A stretch of DNA of 64,000 nucleotides from Monocercomonoides exilis PA203 (lineage: Eukaryota > Protista > Preaxostyla). The notes below the pieces were generated by a model, which was not told where the DNA came from, did not search any database, and saw nothing but the letters and a program-made list of their open reading frames with translations. Made by a program: the position numbers and the translations under genes. Shown in pieces: positions 40,672 to 52,832 of the stretch. The stretch covers positions 186,001 to 250,000 of the forward strand of contig LSRY02000057.1 in assembly GCA_001643675.2 (NCBI GenBank), read 5' to 3'. Positions within the stretch are counted from its first letter, which is position 1. Each line of letters begins with the position of its first letter.

Positions 40672-43600
40672 ATGCAGAAAATCGTGCCGAGCGTAAATGT
40701 CCAGCCACAAGACAATATTTGTTCAAATGCTAATCAGGATACTTCATCTTCGGGTATTGCTCGCACAGCACAAACATTGAGTGAACAAAATCACAAAAGA
40801 AATGTTACTCAAAGTTTTCCTCATCGAGATGCACCTCCATTTGTTTCATGTTTGCTCCTTGATTTTACCTTTTTTATTCAATAAATATTTATTTATTACT
40901 GCAAGTATTTCAAGCACAACACCAAACTTTTGATCCTGCATCGGTGTATGATCTAACTCAGGAGAAATTGATTGGGAAGGGCAGCTTCGGAAGTGTTGTT
41001 GTGACAAGAGTTCGCAAAACAAATGAACTTGTTGCAATAAAGAGAGTACTGCAGGATAAAAGATATAAGGTTTGATTTTCGATGACTTTAACGTGTGAAT
41101 TATATTTATTTTTATGTTATATATATATTTTTAGAATCGTGAGCTTCAGATAATGAAATTAATAAATCATCAGAATTGTGTTGGCTTGCAAAGTTATTTT
41201 TACACCGTTGACTCGACTGTATGCTTTTAAAAAAAATTTATTGTTATAATTTTGAATAAATTTCATATTATTTTGTGTTTCAATATTTTTTCTTTGACCT
41301 ATTTTTTTAGACGAACAAATCATATTTAAATATTGTTATGCCGTACATGCCCCAGACATTATATAGCATATGCAAATATTTTGCCAAACAACGAAAAACT
41401 ATGCCCTCCTTTTATGCAAAAGTTAGAATGCCTTATTTTTATTATATAATCGAGAATTATCAATTTTTTTTAATTTTGTTTTGTATTGGAAAATAAATAA
41501 TGTGTTCTCGAAAATTGCATAGTTGTACATTTACCAACTCTGTCGTGGTTTGGCTTACTTGCACTCATTGGGCATTTGCCATCGCGACATTAAGCCACGT
41601 TTGAATTTATATTTTTAAAATGATTTTTTTCTATTCGTTCCACGTATTCATTTTTAACTAATTATTGCATAACTTGCCATTTTTTGTATTTCTTTGAATT
41701 TTATGGCTGACATTCCAAAATGAAGACAATATTCTTGTCGACCCTGTGAGCGGCATAGTCAAATACTGCGACTTCGGCAGGTGTGCATTCTAATATTTTG
41801 TTTTTATTAGATAACAGTATTTGATTATTGAATGAATATGAATTAATAAACAAATAAATAAAGTGCCAAAGAAGGAGTAGAGAAAGGGGTGTCTGTCACA
41901 TACATATGCAGCAGATACTACCGCGCCCCTGAACTGATATTGGGATGCTCTGTGTATACATGTGCTGTTGGTATGATAGAGGAGATATCGAATATATATA
42001 AATACCTAAGATATAAAAAAGGATTATCTCTTATTTTGTTCATTAAATTCATGGCTAAATAACTTTTGTTTCCAATTTCGATTCATTTCAATCTATTTCT
42101 TTATTTCCATCCATCTGTTAATTTATCTATCTCTATTTCTTTATGAATATCTCACATTTCATTCTCTTATATTTCTCTCCTTCTCTCCTTCTCTCCTTCT
42201 CTCCTTCTCTCCTTCTCTCCTTCTCTCCTTCTCTCCTTCTCTCCTTCTCTCCTTCTCTCCTTCTCTCCTTCTCTCCTTCTCTCCTTCTCTCCTTCTCCCT
42301 CTCTCTCTCTCTCAGATCTCTGGTCACTTGGCTGTGTGGCTGCTGAGATTCTCATCGGGCGCCCTCTCTTTGCTGGCCATTCAAATGAGCTGCAGCTGGC
42401 TGAAATTGTGTCTGTGATGGGACTCCCAACTGAAGAAGACATTAAAATGTTCATTTCTCATCCTCCTCCTCCTCCTCCTTCTTCTTCTTCTCTTTCTTCT
42501 TCCTCTTCTTTTCCTGTTCCTTCATTTAATCCTTTAATTAACCCTTCTTCTTCTTCTTCTTCTTCTTCAACTCAATCACTTCATTTGCATCTCTCTAATC
42601 AATCACAAAACACCTCTTCTTCTTCCTCATCTTCGTCTTCGTCTTCTGCTTTATTCAACCATCCAACCACAACACAACCGGACTCATCATCATCTTCGTC
42701 ATCTTCTTCTTCTTCCTCTTCTTCTTCCTCTTCTTCTGCCAATGAAGAAAAGAAAGCAGACGAGAATATTCATAATCAGCCATCACAACAGATAGTACAG
42801 GCAATAACCAATTCTGATACGGTGAATGAAAATGAAAAGGAGAAGGAGAAGGAGAAGGAAAAGGAAAAGGAGAAAGAGAAAGAAAGAGAATTGGAAAGAG
42901 AAAGGGAAAAAGAAAGAGAGAAAGAAAGAGAGAAAGAGAAAGAAGAAGAAAGAGTTCAAATAGAGAAGATGGAAGAGATGCTGAGGCAGTGCAGAGCTAA
43001 ACTGGGAGAAGGATGGGCACCCAAAGGATTGGAGAGAGTATGCCATGAAATTGACTGAGAAGAAGAAAATGAAAATGAAAATGATGGAGATGTGGATGCA
43101 ATTGGTGTTTTGATTATTTTTTTTGATTTTTTTCTTTCTTTCTAACTTTATTGCTGTTATGTGTGACTTGTTATGTTTTGTGATACTTTTTATTTTTTAT
43201 TCTTCTTCTTTCTTCTTCTTCTCCTTCTTCTTTCTTTTCATTCATATTCAGCTATTCCATCCGTGTGTTGACAGAAAGGCAATAGATTTGATATGCAAAC
43301 TGTTAAGTTGGGCTCCTTCTCATCGGATAACTGCACAAGAAGTATGAACATATCTTTCATATTCATTGGCTGTATTTTTGAGTTGCTTATGCAATTTATC
43401 TGCTTTTGTTCATATTTGTTGAAATTCTATTTATCTTCAATACATTTTTTTTTCTTAACACTTTTTTCCGCATTTGTTTCATTAACTTATTCGTTCGTAC
43501 TTATCAATTTTTTCCTCTTCTCTAATCTCTTCTTTTATCTCTTATCTTTTCTTCTTCTATCTCCTTCCTCTTGTCAATCACCTATCTCTTTTTCCACCCA

Positions 43601-44066
43601 GTGTCTCTCCCATCCCTATTTCTCCGATTTGGATGACTCGCCTGGATGCACCATGCCTGACAACTCGCCAATGCCCCCTCTGTTCAACTTCGACCATCAC
43701 GAAATGAATGTCTGCCCTGAATTCTATGCAAAAGTGAAGTATGAACACAGACGCGCCGAGAGGGAGAGGGAGAGGGAAAGGAAGGAGAGAGAAAGAGAGA
43801 AAGAAAGGGGAGAAGGAGAAAGAGGAGAAGGAGAAGGAGAAAGAAAGAGAGAAGAATCTGAAGAGCACAAGAGTGATGATATGTCTGTAGCATCTGGCGA
43901 GAGTGTGTGTGATTGTGGCAAAGACAGCACAGCATACAGCACTCTCCAGTCTGAAGAGCAATCTTCTCATTCATTCAACACAAAGACACATGAAATATCT
44001 GCTCCTCGCAATGCGAATCAACAAAGCTCGGCTTCTTTTCTAAATTCTTCTTCTTCTTCTTCCTCT

Positions 44067-44098
<32 letters not shown>

Positions 44099-44732
44099 TT
44101 CTTCTGCCATTCCATCCACACACCCTCAGCCATCAGCAACCTCAACCACTTCTTACTCTTCTCTCACTCCTTCTGTCCTCTCCTCTTCTTCTCCTCGTCC
44201 TCCTCTCCTTTCTTCAACTGCTCTTCTTCAGCCTCCTCCCTCACGCCACGCACACCAATCATCTTCCATTTCTCCCTCTCCTCTCATCTCCACACGCCCT
44301 CACTCCATCGTTTCACCTTCTTCTTCTTCCATTTCCTCTTCCTCTTCCTCCATCTCTTCTTCTTCTCTTCCTCTCTCTTCTTCTTCCTCCTCCTCAGCTG
44401 CACTTCACTCTTCTTCTCTCGCCTGTGGAGGAATAGCAGGGCCTTCCCTTCTCTCCTTCCCTCTTAATCCTCTCAACCCTCTCAACCCCCTCCTTTCATT
44501 TCACCAGCCTTATCCCATCCTCCCAAATGACCCTATGCTCATTCAACAGCAACAGATGAGCTATTTTCCTTCTTCTTCTTCTTCCTCTTCCTCTTCAATT
44601 TCTTCAGATTCTTCTTCCTCCTCCTCTTCTTCTTCTTCTGTTTCTGTTTCTGATTCTTCATTGCCAATGCAGCAGATGAGCAGCAGACAGCAGTCTTCAG
44701 CAAATAAACAGGATGGAGTGAGATATTGGTAG
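40672..44732 (+). CDS. GSK3: GSK3/shaggy-family CMGC kinase, multi-intron, with low-complexity insertions
   Basis: [19 protein letters not shown]|[35 protein letters not shown] and PPLFNF assemble across GT-AG introns. Confidence 0.9.
42173..42313. repeat. (TTCTCTCC)n minisatellite (~15 copies) plus (CT)n at the 3' end of a GSK3 intron
   Basis: The 8-nt tandem unit is directly visible and abuts the acceptor CTCAG at 42315. Confidence 0.9.
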
Positions 44733-45743
44733 TGTTGTGGTATTTGTGCATTCTTTCAGTCAAATGTTATGTTTTTGCTATTTTTTTAAAAAAAATAAAA
44801 AAGAGAGAAAGAAAGAAAGAAAGAAAAGAAAAGAAAAATAAGAATTAAAAAAGAAAATAGAATTTTTAAGGGAAATATAAATCGAATGAAGCAAAGGAAT
44901 TCTATTCATGAAATAAGACATTCTTGCCATTATTTTCTGATCAATTCAGAAAAAAAAGAAAGAGAAGAAATGTTGATTCTTTTGATTTATGCTTTCCATC
45001 TGTAGCATATACACCGTCATTCCATTCAGCTCTTATTCATTTGGTTTGATGAATTCAATATCACATCTTGTGCTCGAACTTTATTCTTATTCTTATCCTT
45101 ATCCTTATCTCTTTCCCTCTTTCTCTTTTTTTTTCCTTTCTGCATTGTACTCTTCCACTCTCGTAGTATTGTCTGTGTATATCTCAAAGCTCTGTTAAGC
45201 ACATCTGTTTCAGAAATCTTCTGTTTTTGCTTGCTTTTTCTTTGTTGTAATATTCGAACCCATTTATTTCTTGCGCAACAAATGCCTTTGCGTTGACAAA
45301 ACAAGGGCACTTGATACGAAGCAAAATAATTTTTGATAAATATAATTTTTTTTTGAATTTTTTTTAATTTTTTTGATGTTTTGTAATTTGATAGAGAATA
45401 ACCCTGTCAAATTATAAATATTAATTAAGAATGATTGTAAACATTTTCAAAAATGTCTTTCATTTGCTTTATTTTTAACTATGTATTTATCATTTTTCTG
45501 AAATTGTGATTTTTTTTTTGCTCTTTTTTAATGCTTCTTTAGTAATTCAACAATTTGTTTTTTTTTTACCTCTGTTGAGGGCACTTCACTGTTTTACCGT
45601 TAATAAAAAAGCATGATAGTTTATTCTTTCAATTATTTGTGAAAAATGTTTATTCTGATTCAGTTTTTCATTGTTATGGGGCTTAAGATCATATTGTGAG
45701 TGAACATATTTATCTTGTGCTCTGCAATTTAACAACAAAATAA

Positions 45744-47030
45744 ATGCCATTTGATCTTGATAAGCATCTTGAAGCAGCAAAAAACAGACAACCATTGGAA
45801 GAAATGGACTTTATAACTTTGTGCGATTATGTATGATTCTTAAACTTTTTTTCGTTGCTATGGAAGTATATCACAACTTTATAACTTGGGCAGGTTATTG
45901 AAATTCTTCTTGAAGAAGCAACTGTTGTTTCGTTGACAACGCCAATAACTATTTGCGGTGATATTCATGGACAATTCTATGATCTTTTGCAACTGTTTAA
46001 AGTTGGAGGACCGGTACCTCAGCAGAGATACATATTCATGGTAATGGACTTCATTTAATTTAAATATCCAAACTTTTGTTTCAATGATCAAATTTTCTTC
46101 ATAGGGAGATTACGTTGATAGAGGACGTTATTCTTTGGAAACCTTAACACTTCTCCTTTGCCTAAAAGCTCGGTATGTGCTTGAATCGTTGTTTGTTTTT
46201 CATTTGTTTTTTTATTCAAAATAGATATCCCGAAAGAATTACACTTCTCCGTGGAAACCATGAAACAAGGCAGATCTCTCACGCTTACGGATTCTTTGAA
46301 GATTGCATGAAGCGCTACGGAAATATTCTTCCATGGACAAAATGCATGGACGTATTTGATTGTCTTCCTCTTGCGGCTGTATGATTTTTAGAATCAAATA
46401 ATTTTTAATAAATAATAACTAAATAATTCATTTTTTTTTCAAGCTCATTGACGAAACAACTTTGTGCGTGCACGGTGGTCTGTCCCCTGACATCCGCACA
46501 ATTGATCAAATTCGTTTGATTCCCCGCAGATTGGAAGTTCCTCCACAAGGTTCTTTCTCTGATCTGATGTGGAGCGATCCAGAGTCAGGTGTCACAGCGT
46601 GGGCTCCATCACCTCGAGGTGCAGGATATCTATTTGGGTATCAGGTTACGAAAGAAGTTTGTAAGAGTACTTATTGAGATATATATAATAATTATCTTTA
46701 ATATTTTCCTTTTCTTACAAATACTATCAACGATGAATAATTTATAATTACGTTATGGCAAATATTTTTAAACAGTTTTGTCATCTTAATCAACTTTCAT
46801 TAATCTGCCGAGCACATCAACTTGTCTTTGAAGGTTACAAATATGCCTTTCCCGAGGAACAATGCCTTGTCACAGTGTGGTCTGCTCCAAACTATTCTTA
46901 CAGATGCGGAAACATTGCGGCAGTTATGCAGCTATTTGCAAACGAAGACAAACACTTCATATTATTCTCTGAGGTGCCAGACTCAAAGCGTGAGATTCCA
47001 CCCAAGATGCCAATCCCCTATTTCATGTGA
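45744..47030 (+). CDS. PPP6C: Ser/Thr protein phosphatase 6 catalytic subunit (SIT4/PP6), multi-exon
   Basis: MPFDLDK..TLCDY|[60 protein letters not shown] and [14 protein letters not shown]. The N- and C-termini fit PP6 better than PP2A or PP4. Confidence 0.85.
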
Positions 47031-48360
47031 GAGGATTGTCAAAAAAATGGAGAGATGGCGAGGGAATGGAAGAAGAGAAATATGGCAGAGCATTCAAAAA
47101 TTTGAAGGAAAAGTGCACAAGCTGGAAGAAGTTAATGAATTCAGATCGATGGAAGAAAAAGATTTAAAGAAAGAGGTCATGCATAAGCAAAACTGATTTC
47201 AGAAGGAAAATTAGAACATTGTCTTTGGGCAATGTTAAACTTTCATTTTAGGTTTTTCATTGCATGATCATTTTTTGTCATCTTAATATTTTATTTCTTT
47301 TTTTTATAACAACTTTCTTTCAAATGATTCTTTAAAAATTTCAACTTGCACTTTTTCTCACATTGCATAACACTCAAAATTTTCTTGTTAATTTGAAATT
47401 ATCCTTAATCTCCCTCATTAAAATCTGATGGGTAAAAACAAAAAAAAAAAAAGCCATATTGGTATTTCATCATAATCATAAACGTGTATTTTTTTGTCTG
47501 AGAATTGTTTATGAATATTGGATAAACTCAATGTGCATTGATGAAAATCAAAAGATAGAAATTGATGATATTATGTATCATGTCTTTGATGTTCACACGC
47601 TTCTATTCGCATAGTCATTATCCAACTGGTTTGTGAAAGACCATTTGCAGGAAATGAAATTATTTTATACTAATAATAATAATAATAATAACTTTTAGCT
47701 GAAATTACAAAACGATTGCAGAAAAACATCTTTTAGTGATTCGGAAAAAAACCATCAAAAAATCGTATAAAAAACTGCAAAAACAATTAGGTTTTTTGTT
47801 TCAAGAATTTATATTTTTTTTTGATGCAATTTCAGTTTAACATCAAGAATCAAAAGTTTTCAGGAAAAAAAAACGAGAACGTTCAAGATGCAACTGTAAC
47901 AAACAAACAAATGAGTCAAATTTCATTTTCGAATAATGTATTTTCCTGCGTTTTTATCTTCCTTCATTTCATGAAAATTGGGAAAGAATGCAAACACATT
48001 TTTGAGAGAATATGTTCTTTGATTCTAAATTTTTACATCATTTATTTCAAAGATGGAAAACTTTCAAACACCAAATGAAGTTAAAATCGGATATTATCAC
48101 ATCGGTTTTTGGACAGGTTTTAATGCCTATAGCCGTTTATGATCATGCACGATATTGCTTAACGCTGAAAAAGATAAAAATGAAATTGTTAATAAATAAA
48201 TGTTGGTTTAGTTGTTTTTATTTTTGTAAATTCTTCATGAAAACGCATTTCTAATATCAATAACAATTTTTGTTGTCTCACAATGACATCAAGACTTATT
48301 TGAACACATTTTTGAGAAAACAGAAAATTGAGAATATTAATAATAATCTTGATTTTTCTA

Positions 48361-49640
48361 AAGTCTGTCCAAAAAAAATGTCGATCATCCCATCAGTAAT
48401 ATTTTTATTTCTCACCCAATATTGAATGATGTGAAAAGTACTACTAAATTTTTGTTACCCACATGGTTTTTGTGATGTAATTGCGTTAACACATTATTAA
48501 GAAACAAATTAGGAAAGGTTTGCAAAATGTTATTCTTTTCATCACATTGTCCTAATCAATAAATTTAATTCACAACTATATCAGCCTGATATTTTTTTCA
48601 AACAAAGCAGAAATTGTAATTTTATGAAAGAAAGTCAATAAGAAGTTTACAAGGAAAGGGTTTATTGCGAAATTGAAAGTCTAAATCCGTTAATAAGAGA
48701 AAATGTGATCATTTGTTCACTCGTTGAAACTACAATTAAAGACTCAGGCAGTGTTTTTATCTTGAAGTTTGTTTTCGATGAACGATTATTTACTTTCATG
48801 TTTCACTTTTTTGAATGGAAAAACTAAATGATTGCTTGCGGAAACAACACCATTTCATTTCACTTTCAAAAAAAAGGATTAAGGCATTTGCGTTGATTGT
48901 AGCAAAAAAACATGCATAGACATTGAGGGGAATTCCATTTTAATGTTTTTTCACATATTTTTGCAGGAAAATGTTGTTTTTGACTGATGCATTTATTCTC
49001 CTTCCCCTTATCACTTTGTTATAAAATGAACAAGTATTTTTTTCAAGCTGTTCATGTGAATTTTTTTTGTCATAATTCATAAAACTATGTTTTATTAAAC
49101 AGGATTTGATTTTTGAGATGGATTTATTTCTGGTTTCGTTTTTTAAAGACAATAGGAAAAGAAAAAATTAAAACTATAAATCGCAAATAATCTATCACGT
49201 TTTTATTTTCTAACGAAATTGCTTTGTTCATAATAGTTTGAAATGTGTTCAATATGATAAAAAATTTTTAAAAATATCATAGTAGTACTTGATTATCAAA
49301 AAAGGAATATGAATTGAAATAAAAACAACAAATGCAACATTAATCAAATTTCAATTCGTAGAACAAGTTCGTATTGAAGAAAAATTTCTTATCAGGCTGA
49401 TTTCTGGATGGATTGATAAATATTAAATATTCCGTCAAAGAACAAAATAATCTTTAAATAATCAAAATGAAAGCAAACACTAAACAATGAGGATCATGCT
49501 TGCTCCATAAAAAAAGAAATCACACCATTTTCCGCTCGATTTCAAAAATTCTTGTTAGTTCTTTATGAAATAAATGAAAAATATGGTACACCATTATTTA
49601 AAAAAGTATGGGATGATCGACATTTTTTTTGGACAAACTG
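48361..49640. mobile_element. Tc1/mariner-type element (1280 bp), coding region decayed
   Basis: 33-bp TIRs (AAGTCTGTCCAAAAAAAATGTCGATCATCCCAT versus revcomp CAGTTTGTCCAAAAAAAATGTCGATCATCCCAT). TA at 48359-48360 and 49641-49642. No intact ORF. Confidence 0.8.
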
Positions 49641-49949
49641 TATGAAAAAACTTCCCATTGTTAAAAATATTGTGATTAAATATTTTCAGCCCTGTGATTT
49701 TATGCGATGGTAAATGAATGCAAAAAGGAAAAAATGTTCTTGTATTGAAAAATGTGACAATACACGTTGTTGATTATGTACATAGTAATCATATCCGGTT
49801 TTAACTGTTCTCTTTTAAAAAGTGTTGATTTTTTTTTCCTTTTCTTTTTCTTTTTTTTTTTTTAAGTTCCTTATGTTAAAATTTCAGGTGATAATGAAAA
49901 TTGAACATTTTCTTCGAATTTTCATTTTTGCTTTTCAAATTTCACCAAA

Positions 49950-51412
49950 ATGGAACAAACACTCGATAATGATATTATTCACTTTCTTGTGAAATTTGGT
50001 GAGCTGGAATGGAAATTTGATGAATATATTCAATTTTCATTATCACCTGAAAATAAAACAAATGAAACTTTAAAAAAAAATTTAGACATGTTTTTGTCCG
50101 TTAATGTTTTCTTTTTCCTTTCTGCTTTCTTTTCTTTTCTTTTCTTTTCTTTCTTTCTTTCTTTCTTTTTTGTGGAAGTGGAAAAGTTGTGACGGACGTG
50201 AAGAATCGTTTTCCTCAGGTCACCCAGGGCTGAATTTTATTATTTAAAATTGAATGAAAAATAACATTTTGAGTATTTTTTTTTCTAGAGATGAAAGTCA
50301 CAATTTCTCATTATTTTTCAAATTATCTGAATATATAACAAAATAGCAAAGAAATTGATGAACATATGTTCGAGAATAGAATATTTTTCAGTTTTATTAC
50401 TGTTATTCACGAAAATTCTTTTAATAATCTAACCATAATAGATATTTTGATTACTGTAAACTACAAATAAAATCTCACTCTTACAATAACATCGAAAAAG
50501 AAGAGCAACAACTATTTTGCTTTTTTTTGCAATGGAAGTGCTGAAGTTAAAAGAATTCGAAGCGAGTTCTTTTCTTTTAATTTAAGCATAAAAAAAATCC
50601 ACATTTTGCCATTGCATTGGAACAACCTGTACAAACCAAATTCGGAAGAAAGGCAAGCATTCAAAATATAATTCAATGGTTTGATCATTTTCATTGGACA
50701 GAGCCAAATTATGCCAATAGCGGAGTAGATATTGATTCCTTCGTCAAAGCACAACAAACGCCATGCACGATAACCGGGATTCCATTGAAAGATCTAACAT
50801 TTTTTGGCCAACATTATCTCAACAGCCCATGCGTCTCATTTGACTTGCCAAGCAAAGCTAAAAAAATTTAAGTTATTTCGATGGTTTTCCAAATCCGCAT
50901 TCAATTCCATTCAGATAGACATTCTTCATCGAACATGTCCCCATTTTTATTGAAATTTTATCTGATTTATCGAAAATCCATTGGCTGCTTTGAATTAAAA
51001 AAAAAATGCTTGGAATTGCAATTGGGCATCAATCACTCTGTGTTTGTTGTGAGGTTTGAATGATTTTTTCATTTGTTCTGTGCTGTTCACTTTCATATTT
51101 CTTTTTTCCCTTTTGGAATTTTAGGATAATGCATTTGGAGATATACCGGCTTTTTATTGAAATACACTCAATTTATCAGAAAAGCACTGGCTTTTTGGTG
51201 GTTCCGCATTGGAAGGATTTTCACGTGAAGAAAAGACAACATTATTGGAGCAATTGAAAGCGAGTCATGAGACAGAAGAAAGAAAAGAAGACGGTGGAAA
51301 AGAAAGTGAGGATGGAGTTAATGAGAGAGAAGGAAGAGATGGAGGATTGATCAACGCAGGAAGGAACGCGAGGAGCAAACGATTGCGAATGGAGAGGAGG
51401 CAGATTGAGTAA
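49950..51412 (+). pseudogene. Possible degraded intron-containing gene, unknown product
   Basis: Coding-like fragments (MEQTLDNDIIHFLVKFGELEW; WFDHFHWTEPNYANSG; DNAFGDIPAFLLKY) are separated by splice-like signals and stops. No family recognised. Confidence 0.3.
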
Positions 51413-52832
51413 TCAGTAATTCGCAATGAGAATGCTTGATTTGCAAAGAAGGGCAAATTGTGTTTGTGTTTGTTTGCTGATTAAAATTGTTTTTTTGAAT
51501 GATGAAAAATTTTCAGAATTGAAAAAAGAAAGAGATTGAATTTTTGTTTTTATTTTATTTTCCAAAATGTATTTTTGAGTTATAACAACAACACATTTGT
51601 TTTCTTTATTTGATTGTTTGCAATCTTTTTTTAGACTCTTTTTTTTATTCAAATTCGTACGAAGAGAAAGTTCACAAAACATTTCCTCTCAACAAGCACA
51701 AATGGCTTCTTAAAAGGATCTTTTCGCTGAAAAAGGAAGATGATTTTTTTTGAAAAGCATGCAATGGCTGTGTGCATAAAATGGATCAACATACAAAATG
51801 TGGAAGGAGCAAGAAAGCGGGAGACGAAGAAAGCGGAAAAACTTATTTGGGAAATTTTGGGCGAAGAAGCTGGCAAAGAGGTATTACAAGACAAAACAGA
51901 TGAGAATATGAAGAACACAATGGAGAAGATATGAGACGGAGAGGAGGTCTGTAGGAGGGGGTAATGATGATGAGTTACACAGAAAAGATTTTTTTAAAAG
52001 AAGAACAAATTTTGATATGTGAGGACTGAAAAGAAAAAAATGAAAACAGCTGAGGAAAAAGATGAATTAATATTGGATATATTGGAGGGTGATAAGGAAA
52101 AAAAAGAGAAGGAAAAAATGAAAGAGAAGAGAAATTGAGAAACAGTTTTGAGGGAAAGAATTTTCATTGAAAGAGACAAAGAAAAGGGAATTGAGGAGCG
52201 GAAGAGAAGAAGAGAAGTGGAAAGAGAGAAGGGAAAAGAAAGACTCGCCATCTGATTGCATTGGAAGAGAAAGCTTTCAATAATTTGGAATAACACATTC
52301 AAAGTGAAAACATAGGTCATTTGTTAAGGTGTGGTATTTGTTGCTTTTTGTACTTTTGTCATTCAACAATTTTTGTTTGATAAGTTTCTTATTATTTTCT
52401 GGTGAATGCACTGTTAAGAACATGGAAAAATCCAACTTATTCCAACAAACAAAGCATTATCTGATTACAAATGATTTTTTCATTCAGGTGATGCAAGGCA
52501 GATTCTTATCATTTGTTGTATTTATTTGGACATATTTCATCTCTCTGTTTGACGTTTCTTTTTGTTTGTAACTTTTTAATTTTCATTATTTTTATTTTAC
52601 AATTCGACAAATTATAATCTGTATCAGCAAATACCGATTCATGGCTGAAAAGAACCAAAGAAATAGCGTTGCCTTGGAACTGTCTCAGACGTTTTCCAAA
52701 CGCTCACAAAGTGATTATTGAAAGAAGTTTTTTGATCTTACCAATTGTGCAGAAAACCATTATTTATTTCAATTTGATCATCCGAAAAATATTTTATATT
52801 TGAATCAAAATTGATTTTCATCCCAAAAGAGA

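Noticed and set aside
42133-42454. REGEKERR-repeat ORFs
   Set aside because: These are translations of an intronic (TTCTCTCC)n minisatellite.
48080-49805. Older inverted repeat enclosing the Tc1-like element
   Set aside because: Only a short match (GTTAAAATCGGATAT versus ATATCCGGTTTTAAC) in very AT-rich DNA, which is insufficient.
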